Source: Macrostomum lignano (lineage: Eukaryota). Taken from it: 64,000 nucleotides of DNA. The notes under the pieces were generated by a model that saw only the letters and a list, made by a program, of their open reading frames with translations, ran no database searches and was not told the origin of the DNA. Shown in pieces: positions 25,807 to 37,800 of the stretch. Location of the stretch: positions 1 to 64,000 of the forward strand of contig NIVC01002815.1 in assembly GCA_002269645.1 (NCBI GenBank), written 5' to 3'. The stretch's first letter is position 1. Each line of letters begins with the position of its first letter. A program made the translations under genes and the position numbers.

Positions 25807-28800
25807 GTAAGTATAAAATGTACACGCTTTCATATTTTAGCCTACCTCCTATTTTATCTGCATAGCTGTTGGGACCAACATTTATACTTTAAGGGTCAAA
25901 TGAATGATTCAACTTATGTCTCCGGGCCAGTGTTGTCAAACTGAATAAGAAGCGCATTAAGTTGTTTTTCTTCTGTGTATTTGGTACTGCATAGAGGGTA
26001 GAATAGAGAACACAAGATAATAGGAAAAGGGGAGAGGATTCAGAGGAGAGGATCATGATTGTTAACCATATACAAGAAATGCTTAAAATAAATGTATTGA
26101 CTTTTAGTCCATCAATATCTCAGCTTGCATGCCCGTCAACTTTGATTTCAAGGTCATGCACAAAAGTGCTGCTATGTATCCTCTTTAATTTGCAAGTAAA
26201 TAAGCACCACTTCTTGTTTGAGACACCCATCTTTTATGCGTATGGTTTCAAAATCAATACTGCATCGACTTCAGCGTGCCTGAGCCTCACTGAGTGCTTG
26301 CTTATGAGTGCGTGTGCATGCTCAGAGCATGACGGCTTGGCCCCTCGCTGACTGCGGATCGACTGTCGCCTTGATTTGCGCCGGTGCCCGCCTTGTGAAC
26401 TGGCTAACCAACTTAACTAAAATGCATGCTTTATTGCAGATCTTTGGCGTGTCGATCCGGAAGATCTGTTGCCAAGGCGACTGCAACAGCAACGCGTAAT
26501 TAGCCCAGCTTTAGCTGCCGCAGTCCAGCAGCAGCCTATTGATCCAATGCAGGTCGAGTGCAGTGTGTGCTTAAAACGCGGCCATCTAAGCGAGCAGTGC
26601 TCCCGTGCCGGTCCAGTTTGTATCCTATGCGGCTGCGAGGGTCATGCAAAAACCAGCTGTCCGGCCAGACTGTGTCCACTCTGCTTGACCTCCGGACACG
26701 GCGTAGAAGCCTGTCATCGGTTCGGCCTGCTAACTCGGACAGCGTGCAATCGATGTGGCGCTCTCGGACATTGGAAAGATGTGAGTTACAGAGGGTTGAG
26801 TACAGCAGAACTGTTCCCTATGCCGTAATTCATTAATTCATCCCAGAATATTCACGAGATGGCAGCGTGATTCTATGGCTATGCTGGTGTCTGATCATCT
26901 GGGACACGCGGGTCTGATTCCCCCCCCCCGTTGACGATCAACAGAGAAATATTTTTGTATGAACTACATGCAGCTAATGTAGCTCCATCTAGTTAATTGC
27001 AACAAATTTAAAGCTTGCGCATTCTACCATACTACTGGACTGCAAGTAAAGAAACTGCTACACTCTATGCCAAGCAAATGTGCCTGAGTGGCCAATCTAT
27101 TCAATAGTTACTATAAGTTTAGTAAGGCTTTATAACAGTATAGATTTCTTATTAGTTTTACTTATATCATGTGCTCCCCCTTTCAATCATTGCAGCAATG
27201 CCCCGACATCTGGCGACAGTATCATTCAACTGTAAGTCTTGATGCTTCTTTCGTATTATTTTTCGTGCAATTATAGTGAAATTCTTGAGGCGCTACTTGC
27301 ATATTAGCATTAGTAGTGTAATATGCATGTTGTTATTAGCACTGCAGCAAGACAATTATTAAATTATTTAATATTAGTAAGGCTTATCATTTAGATAAGT
27401 CACTTCTGGCTTGTAAGATACAATTGTCGGAATAATTTCGGGCGGTCTTTGTTTAATCCTCTACCTTTCACTAGACTTTTACTGTTTATTTTTGAAAAAG
27501 CTCCCTGAGCTGCTTAGAGTTTCTAACACATTTTCATACTTTTAATGGGAAGAATTACTAGATTTTTTGATAAACTTAAATAATAATAAAAATAATAGAA
27601 ATAAGATAAATGCAATATTAACCCACCTAAGTCTCATTAGTACCCAGGGTATGTCCATCTCTTAAAATTTTTTGGAAAATTTGTCACGTTGCTGGGATAG
27701 GATCTGTTTTGATTGGGACGTACGTGTGGCTTAATTGGACAGGCCGCTTTACGGAGAGTATAGTACTCGTAGAGTTTTATGTTCCCAGATGGAAGTATAA
27801 GAACGTGTGAAAACTGCCAAGTTTTAGCTCGGCTTATTCCTTCATCGAGTTGGAAAGTTTTTTTCGAAGTTAGACAGTCAGTCACGTTCGACGACTAATA
27901 TTGTAACAGTTTAGATTTCGCTTATCCATTTGTTTTAATAAACTGAAACTAATGGGATTGATACTTAATGCGAAGCTTTTCGTTGTATACAGATGCTATA
28001 GCATAGTGTCATTGAGGCACATATACCATTGCCGTGTCTAATTTCTAAACTAATTTAAATGTCCTTTTCATGGCTTTGAAAATATCCCTTTTCAGAAACT
28101 CGGGAGTTAAAAAGTTGGGATAAAACGGAATAGGGATGTTGGAAAGAAGAAGCAGCTGTCCCCCTGGCACTAGCTGCCCCCTGCTATTTGAAACTATTGC
28201 TTAACTGCAATGGGGAGGTTAAGGCAGGTCAAGGGGTCATATATTAGATGTTAGCCAAAGTAGAATCTTACACTATTTTATTTTTGTGATGCCAATTAGC
28301 TTATCGAATTTGGCCATTCGGCATCGAGGTTTTTTACGCCCATGCCTAGAATGCCAAACGACTTCACAAAGTCGAAAAAGTTCAAGTGATGAGCTTGTGA
28401 AAGTGACTGGCAAGACGTTTTTTACGATGTAAAGTTTCGACTTTATAAACGATTATAACTTTCCACAATGTAAAATTTCGAGTTTGATGAAACAGCTCAA
28501 GACATTTATGAGAAGTAGCTCAAGACATTTACTGCTATGTGCCTATACTATGTTCAGCGACACTTGTAAGTTTAACGTAGCGTAAAAATCTGAGTATCGA
28601 AGTAGCTAAATCGAATTCAGCGTCAGAAACAGTGGGCTGCAAAAGTAGTCAGATAGCGCCATATTATGCTTGATTGCGCACTTGAACCATATTGAGCACT
28701 CTTTTTTGCCTTGACATCTTTCACTTCGACAGTTGCTAATTTAACTATCGTCGTCTTACTGTTGGCTGTGCAGGTAAAGAACCTAGTACTAATTAGCTTA

Positions 28801-31800
28801 GAGTACATGATAATACAATTACGCAAATGCATTTTTTGTGCTTCACCTCATCTGCTGCTTGCTATTATTAGATTGACTATGCAGAATCGCATATTCGCTC
28901 ATTTTTACTAGGTGTTGCCAGGATGTCCGCCAGTGCAGTCCCAGCAACATCAACAGACATCGAATCCGACAGTCGGCAATGAATCCGATGGCAATGAAAA
29001 ACGGCAAGGAGAATCCACAATGGATTTGTTGAACGACTGCGACAGTACTTGCTTTGATAGCATTGTGGGACAAGTCAGTCCGTTTGCCTACTGCTGCAAC
29101 TGTGCCAGACGGGGTCACTCGGTACATGTGAGTGCACGATTCTTGCTTGTGGTTCACTTGTTCTGCATTAAAATCCAATATTTCAAAATCCTTGTCTAGG
29201 TATACACTATACAGACATGCTGGAATTGCATTGTATATAATTTTACCCTGTGTGAATCGAGCTTTCCAACATCAACATAAGGTGCATTTTAATATTTCTT
29301 AGTGAATTTTCGTTCCATATCAGGAAGGCCGCCAACCATCCCATCCAATTTGTCTAAGTGCTCTTTAAAATTTTGAATTTCAGGCGAGCTGGCGCAATTG
29401 TCAGATTTGGCTTTTGTGTTCCTCTTGTGCGAATAGCCGGGTATTCATTAATATTTTAAAGCTCCTGCTTCCTTTCATCTTTCATTCTCCCTAACTGACT
29501 GTCAGTCACTTCAATCGATTGATTTTTTATCTTCAAGATTAAGCAAACTGGGTCGCAAAATTTGGGTTTTTAAAAAGCAGTAGTTAGACATATGCCTTTG
29601 TTGTCGTCAAAATGCATAGTTATAAATACATATTCGCAGGAGGGCTGTGGTTTCAAGCACGAAGTTTTGGAAGTGATGCTATCGATTTTTTGAGAATTCC
29701 TTTCATGATGCAGCCTTGACAATGAGGCAAGTAGGCCAATGCCCACTGTCTTTTCTCTGGTCTTCGCATCACATATTTCGCTCGTAGTTGATTGGTTTCG
29801 AGCAAATGTCTAGAAGATAGATCTATTCGCTCAGAATCCTGAAAACGCTTAGTCTATGGTTTTAACCAGGCGAAAAGAAACGCTTATAGCCTCCTGTCGA
29901 AAGTAACAGGGCGTTGACTAAGGACTGCCTATGATATGATAGATATGTTATTCAGATAGATAGAGAAAATGGTTCAACAGATGACAGACACGGAAAGATT
30001 GCGAGCAGTTGAAATGTTAAAAGTAGGTTGTACTCTTCGAACAGTTGCGAACCACTTCGGGAAGTCACCTTCAATAGTTTTACGTCTGCTGCAAAATAAA
30101 GCAGAGGTCACTGGAAGCGTGGCTCAATTAAGAAAAGTTACGGTGCTTCACCAACTTTTCAGTACAACAGCGAGGGCAAATCGACGCCTGATGAGAATAG
30201 TGCGTGGAAACCCCACACTGCCTGCCACGCTTCTGTGATTGATATGGCAGAGAGAAGCCAGAGAAGCTACAGGATTGAGGTCAAGAAAAATGCGGAGAGG
30301 AGGCCGCGTCTGAGCGCTGCACATGTCGTTAATAGGGAACTGCGGGTCATGCAGCGGGCGCACTGTCGGCAAGGACAGTGGCAGCGCATTATCATTACAG
30401 ATGAGCGTCAGTTTTGTCTTTCTTGCAGTGGTGGTCGAATGCTCGAATTCGCGTCTAGCGTGAGCCACGGCAAGAGATTCTGCAGCAGCACGTGCAAAGC
30501 TGCGATCGGCAGGGACCCTGCGTACACAGGTGGGCAGAATTTCAATACGAGACAAGACCCAGTTGGTTTTCTTAGACGCAAACGGGAATAGCGATGAGTA
30601 CGCTCGTTTGCTGCAGATGCATCTGCTCCCTTTTGTTAACAACCACTTCGGTAGCGTCGCAAACGGCATACTGCAGCTGTCAGCGAACTCAAGGACTAGC
30701 TGCACCTGCGTACTCTAGTGGCCTTCAGATCCCCTGATATGAACTCAAGTGAACATGGGACTTTATCAAGCGGAGTGTATGGCGGAATCCGCCACAGACA
30801 GTCGCTGACCTGCGAAGCACTATTGCTATCGCATGGCAACAAATTCCCCAGGATTTTTTCCGACGCCTTGTTCTGGGAATGCCACGTCGAGTCAACGCCC
30901 GTTACTTGTGAGAGGAGGCTACTCATGTTTCTCAAGCTCGATATGAACCATAGACTATGCGCTTTGACTCTTCTGAGTTAGTTGATTGTTCTTCTAGTTA
31001 GAACAGTTGCATTTTAAATGCTGCCCAGTGTATATATATGCATATAGTCTATGGCCAGAGCGGGATTTATTTTTGTACGCCCTGAAATAGGCGTCCTAAA
31101 GTCAGCTGTTTTGCTTGGCAAACAAAAGTGAAACTGCTTATCTGGCAGTCTCACATGCATGAGTACAGTAAATCCTTGGGTTATAGATAGATACATTAGA
31201 AATATGTAGCAGTAGGAAAGTATTGTATGTGTGCGTGCGTGTGTTAGGAGAAATAGCGTCAAGAGGCGGTAGATAGAAAAAACAGGAAACGCAATCAAAG
31301 AGATGGTTGGGCTGCTTGTTCGAGAGGGCGAGAGATGGCGGCGCAAAAATGAGACGTCGATTTAGCCACTAGCACACTACTCATACACTTATACATGTAT
31401 GCTATTTGCGTCTTCCCATGGGAGTGTTTAGACCGCCCGAGGGCTGCCTCTCCTCGCTATACAGTCATCCCAATTCCCAGCCTTTTGATTGGATTCAGAT
31501 GAATACAAGACCTCAGAGACTGCTGTGCGTTGGGGACTCACAGATAGGACTGTTTAGATCTGATCTGTAATAATTCATTACAAATCTGAAACATAGAGTA
31601 ACCGAATCCAGCATGGAAACAGTAAATTCTACGTACATATTTAAAACCGTTTTTATTCATAGCTTAGTAGCTTATTTTTTAGGCATAATATTTTCAATTT
31701 TAGTTAGACAACATGCAAATCAACCTATATAAGTCTTGGCTGTCGATCCAAGCAGCCACTATTTAGACAGTTCCCCGTTTCACTCTCGATTGTTTATGGC

Positions 31801-34800
31801 TAAAAGTAAGGAACTGAGGAAAAACCTTAAAGGCATCAAGGCTCACGAGGGAATTTCTGAGATGTCAAGGCTCATGGGGAATCGCTCAGATTTCAAAGCT
31901 CATTGGAGAATTTCTGAGATATCAAGGCTCATAGTTTGATTGCTGAAATGCAGTCTCAATTATGGATTTCACCTTATGAGCTTAAGTTTACATAATAGTC
32001 CCTAATTGTCCCCTTGCTTGTTTCTCCTATCCCAGGTCCAACTTTTGTAGTTTTTTTTGCTAAATCCAGCTTCCTGGTGTCGCTGTGAGCAGAATGAAAT
32101 ATCATTTGTGCGCATAGGTTACTCGGGCTCCATTTTATGAGCTTAAGTTGACAGGCCCTTTCCCACGTTGTGTACGTACACAAATTTTCTCGTTAAAAAT
32201 CGAAAAATGAATTGGCGTAGATATTTAACAATGATTTTTCTCAATGCTTTAAATAGGGTTCAAACTGGTTGAAACTCTTGACTGCCTTAACAGGACAAAC
32301 TACCAATGTGGATTGTCCCCCCTCCCCTCGAGCGGAAAATGGCTTGGTATTCCTACTGTTAATAACTATCCCGGATAAAAATGAAAGCTTACATGCTTAT
32401 ACGTTTAGTTTAAGCCTCCAAAGCGAGGCTGGTGCTGCTTCTGCTTCTACTTGTGACTTTTTACCAGGCCGGCGCCTAAAAACTTAAGCGAAATTGACAG
32501 GCTGCTTCTCCATCTCTCTCTCTCTCTTTCTCTCTCCCCAGTTCTGTAGTTTAGTCTTGCACTTTCCGTGTATCTCAGACGATTTTACGGTAGGCTTTTT
32601 TCCTATAGATAAAGAGTCTAAGCGAGTAACAGTAAGCGATGTGATGCACGGCTTTGCGATACATGCATTCACGCTTGTGCTTTCTATTATGCAGCCTTGT
32701 CTTCGTACACGGTTCTTGCCTATAAATAAGTAGCCTATAGAAAATTCCCGTGTGCTAAATTCATTTCTGCTTATAGTTGTAGACCCCTGATAACTAAATT
32801 ACTTGCTATTTACTTCTCATAGAAGCAAGAACTGTAGGGATCTTAATTACTGTATATTAGGCACTGTTTTAAAGTACGCTTTTATTTAAAATGATGTAGG
32901 GAACTTGATATCAAAGTATGTAAATAATTACATCCATTGTACTTAAATTTTCTAAAACTTTACATAAACAATGCAGAGCAGTGCAGCTCAGTGGTAAACG
33001 CGTGTCGTGCGACTCACACTCCTCCAAGGCACAAAGAGTGTACATGTCTAAAAATTAGAAAGTCAAGGCACCTGTATACCCTGTGTAAGCGTGTGTACGA
33101 GTGCGCATCTGCGTGCAGTATCGGCACGCTTTTACTCGTATGTGCTCAAGAGTCGGCAGAATAAACAGAATTGTCTAACCGCTGGTAGCGGGATGATGTC
33201 TCCAAAGACTTCCACAGCCTTCTTGCGAATGTTGATGTATTGTGAATTCTATGCTAAAAGTCATAAATAGTTCGACTTAAGGGATAATAACACATTTAGC
33301 AATTGGGTAGAAGATAAATCTGTCTGTCAGTTTGAACAAGTTTAAAAAACTGCTATGGTAATTGATCCCAACCTGTCTGCTCCATCCGACAGCAAGCGTT
33401 TTAATTAATTTGCTTTCCTACTTTTCCTTAGCGCTGGGAAGATAATCTCAGGGATCTGCAGCGGCGACTTAGCTGCCAGCTGCCCAACAAATCCCTGCAT
33501 CCGAGCTGTTGTACACGGGTGGGATTTGGGATTTGGCCAGCTAAGTTCCACCAGGGGATCAGAAATTGGCTGGTATATCCCCTTTGAGATGAGAGGATAT
33601 TCCCTATTTTTCCCTGTCTGCGCTGGGGATTTAAGTGTAGGGATAATGAGGCAAAAGGTGCCCTGGCTGCCGCGAAGGAAATGGAAAATGAAGAAATGAG
33701 AGAGAGCTCCAATTTCCTGTCGCTTCTTCTTCTTCAATTCCCCAGCTCTCACTTCTCTGCTCAGTCCCAGAAAGCTTCGCGCATGGTGTTCAGGGCGGCT
33801 GAAGCAGTCTACATGCGGTGAGATTTTAGTCAAGAGCTGCAAAGCATATGCAGGAAAGCGAAGAGAGAAAGGTGTTCTTAGCAACTTGCCAGTACTGGCC
33901 GTCTCTAATTTCATGTTCAAACGCGAGAATTAGAATCCTTAGCGAGGATGTTTTTTACCCTGGAGCTAGTTTAGCACATTTAATTAAAAGCGAGATAATT
34001 TTTTAAATAGCAGCACTTGAACCAATTAGAGTGCTAATTACCGATCCGCCTTTTGAAGCCCATATTTTCATTCAGCCCATAAACATTTGAACTTGCAACT
34101 TAATTTTCTAATTTTCTGACTGTTTCAGACAATTCAAATTTACTTCTCAAATGGTTGCACATAATTTCGATTCTTATACAGCAGTGCGGGATTCCCTTAG
34201 TTAAGTGGGATGGTATCTTTGATACGAAATCGATGGGATTCTTATCAGTCGCAGCGTACTTGGGTACTTTAAAATCCTAAATCAGTCGCGAGATTTTCAA
34301 GGCCACAACAATTAACATTCCAGTGCTTGCAGTCAATTTTCCGCACCTGATTCCATTGACTCGTGAAAACCAGTTTGTAGCTCTTATTATCGTCGCGCAG
34401 CTCATTTGCGCGTGCAGTTAATGGACTAACAAAAAATTGCTGCTTTACTGATAAAGCCACTAAATCGTAAATCGCTTTTTAGTCGTTATTTAAGCCTCGC
34501 TTGAACGAATCCTTTGAGTTTGGTTGCGGATAATGCTGCGTTGATCTCAGTTTTGTTAACAAAGAGGCAGAATTCATCGCCATGGCTTAACCGCTAGTTT
34601 GTGGAGTTTTACGACCCCGCCTAACGCCCCTCGGATGCGGCAGCGAATATCAGTTCTTAGGCGGGGGCTTCATCCGATAAAACAACGGACAAGGGGATAT
34701 TTTTAACTGTCAGGGGAGTAATAATTTTTAGCAATAAATTTGCTTCGTAGCTAGATTACAAAACAGATAAGGACGTGCTTCCAAATGCATTCGACTGGAA

Positions 34801-37800
34801 GTATGCAAAATTAAGCATTTCTTAAAAAACAAAGCTGAAAGATACTGTTAAACATCTCAACGTTCTTGGGTGCTGTAAACAGGTAAGTTGCGGTCTAAAA
34901 TTAAGTACAGTTTAAGTCAGAGTACTGAGAGCGCCAGATAAAGTGCCAGTTAGGCCAAAAGCCGATTTTTGTACATTGCATCAGTCAGGGACTTTCTCTG
35001 ACAAAGCTTTCTGGTGCATTTACAAAGACAAAGTTTTGACCGCAACCGGCCTCGAAGTGAGAAAACGGCTTTAAACTTCGGCCTGATTGGCACTTTATAA
35101 ATCGAGTCTTGTTACTCAAGGTTGTCTTAGCCTATGCTGTGGCTTGCTCGCACAGTCTCGATGCCTAGCGGTTTGCTCATATTTGTTTCATAGCTAAGCA
35201 TTCTGAACGGAAGGATACTAGCCGTTATCAGCCCATCTCCTTAAAACTGAATTCCCAAGAGTTGAGGAGCCGCTGGTCCTCCGGCATGCTTCTCAACTGA
35301 ATTTGTGCGATAAAACCGACACGAGGTCTCGGAAAATGTGGGGATAAAAAGAAATTCAACCGCCGTCTTTTTCTATTGGAAGCGCATTTTACTGCCTTAC
35401 TGTTTACACATCTAGCATATACCCTTTTTATCCATGCGACTCGCTTCTGCGCATGACTGAATGATAAAAAGTTCACAAATCGGATTCTGTCCTTGGGAAA
35501 TCTAAGCACCGACCTTGACTATGCTCTCCGGAAATCAAATTTTATAGCTTTCATCAAAGTTCCTGGGGTCATTTTTCCTGCTACTTTAACAATTACTTGG
35601 CATAGCCGTGGTTTTTTCTACGAACTCGTACTTCTAATGGTACGGCAAAAATAATGAACTGAGTGATTATGGTTGTTAGATGTAATAATTTGATATAGAC
35701 TTTTATCTATGGCTTGACCGCCACTAGCATTACAGTACAACTTGAATGAGCGGTGCCTCGTTCTAAGGCCACAATCAATAAAAGTGATATTGAGAGCTGC
35801 TCAACTGGAGCACTTAAGAAATTACCGAGTTAGCTAAAGGCTACATCAAAATTGGTGTTATAGTGTCTGTGCATCCAGAACCAACACTGGTGACGAGGAT
35901 GGCGACGATTCCAATCGAACCCCCGGAGACAGACGTGCCTGCCGAGGTCAGCAGATGGCTACAGCGATTCGAGGCTATAGCCAAAGTCAACAAGTGGAAC
36001 GACGACGTGCTGAAGTATGCGTTCATAGCACAACTGGGAAAGAAGGCGTTCAACCTTCTGGCTGACGCTTCACTGCCAGCAAAGCCAGAGGAAAAGACCT
36101 TCGATCAGCTGAAGACGCTACTAACAAACGAAACGAAAGCATCGAAGTCGGGACTGGCCTATAGATACGCTTTCCACCACATGAAGCAGGAAAGCGGAGA
36201 AGACACGTCGGCCTATGCTAGGAGACTTCGACAAGCCGCGGACAACTGTGAATTCACGGACCTAAACGACAGGTTGCGCGACCAGTTTGTGTTTGGCTTG
36301 TTGAACAAAGACATCGTGAGGAAACTGCTAAGTGAAAAACTCGCAGATCTCACCTGGGAGAGGGTGACGTCCGTGGCAAGCGCATGCGAAGCCGTAGCGC
36401 GTGGTGAAAAACAGATGAGCAGCAGCGAAATTTTATCGGTCAAGAGGGCGGATCGACCGCGTTTGCGGATCGACAGAACGATCGCAAAGCGTGGCAGCCA
36501 ACCGGGTACGGCAAGTGGAATCAACAAAGCCATCGCGACCAAACAAAATGTTTCTGCTGTGGCAAGGATGGACACCGCAAGGACGTCTGCCAGCACCGTT
36601 CAAAGACCTGCCTGAATTGCGGAAAGACTGGCCATCTGAAAGCTGTGTGTAAGTCTAATACATCAAGACCTGCTCAAGGGTCAAGACAGACTGTCAAGGT
36701 GAGAGCGATCGAACCGCAGAAAGATTCTTCAGGACCTGTAGGAGCACAGGACAGCATCTTCTCCGTAAATGGCAGCTGTGAGGAGCCCAGCAGGCGCAGG
36801 ATAACAAGGCTTCAGCTGGTCAATGGGGCCAATCTTCATATGATTATGGACACGGGATCCGTCTCATCATTTGTACCTCTAAAGGTGTATCAAGGCCTTC
36901 CGTTAAAATCCAATTTAAGACCGACGGCCCGACGATTTACAGCATACCAAGGAGATCCGGTGCGTGTTTTAGGAGAAGTTACTGTCAGAGTAGAGCGTGG
37001 CGGCGCAGTAGCAAACCTGCCATTGTTTGTCGTAGACCACAGAGATGTGGAGCCCATATATGGTTTGGACTGGATTGCAGAGCTGGAGCCGGAGCTTTAT
37101 GTCGCCATAACCCAAGGTGGTAATGCTGACGCCACAGAAGAAAGGCAATCAAGTCGCATGTCTCCAGTCGACACCGTGAAGGCGTCACTATCGATCAGGC
37201 CAGGCGCAAAACCTGTTTTCTGCAAGCCAAGACCGATTCCATATGGTATTCAAGAAGACGTAAAGAACGAGCTACGAAGAATGGAATCTGAAGGACAGTT
37301 GGAGAAAGTGCAATCGAGCGAATGGGCCACGCCTATAGTGTGTGTCAGAAAGCAATCTGGAAGTATCAGGATTTGTGGCGACTATAAGATAACACTGAAC
37401 CCAGTCTTGAAAGACATGGTATCGACAACGCCATCGATAGATGAAGTGATGTCCAGATTGGGTCGAGCCCGGAAATTCTCCACGCTAGATCTCACAAATG
37501 CATACTTGCAGGTACCAGTCGACGCCGAGACAAGTCAGATACAAACTTGGAGCACTCCCTTTGGCCTGTTTCGTCCAACCGCATGGGCTTTTGGAGTAAA
37601 ACAAGCACCCGCTATCTTCCAGTCACATATGGATAAACTCCTGCTAAACCTCGACGGCGTGATATCCTACCAGGACGATATCCTCATCTGGGGCGAAAGT
37701 CAGACTGATCACGACGAAAGGCTCAACACCGTAATGAGAATCCTGGAAAACAATGGACTTCGCATAAATGCTGACAAGTCTGTACTAAACAAGTCGTCAA

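Noticed and set aside
29632-29648. 17-bp match TATTCGCAGGAGGGCTG also near 51885
   Set aside because: The flanks do not align, and one match of this length in 64 kb is plausible by chance.
32975-33010. tRNA gene candidates here and at ~47070-47120 and ~2245-2285
   Set aside because: Only an A-box-like GCTCAG.GGT head, with no B-box or cloverleaf; at most SINE remnants.
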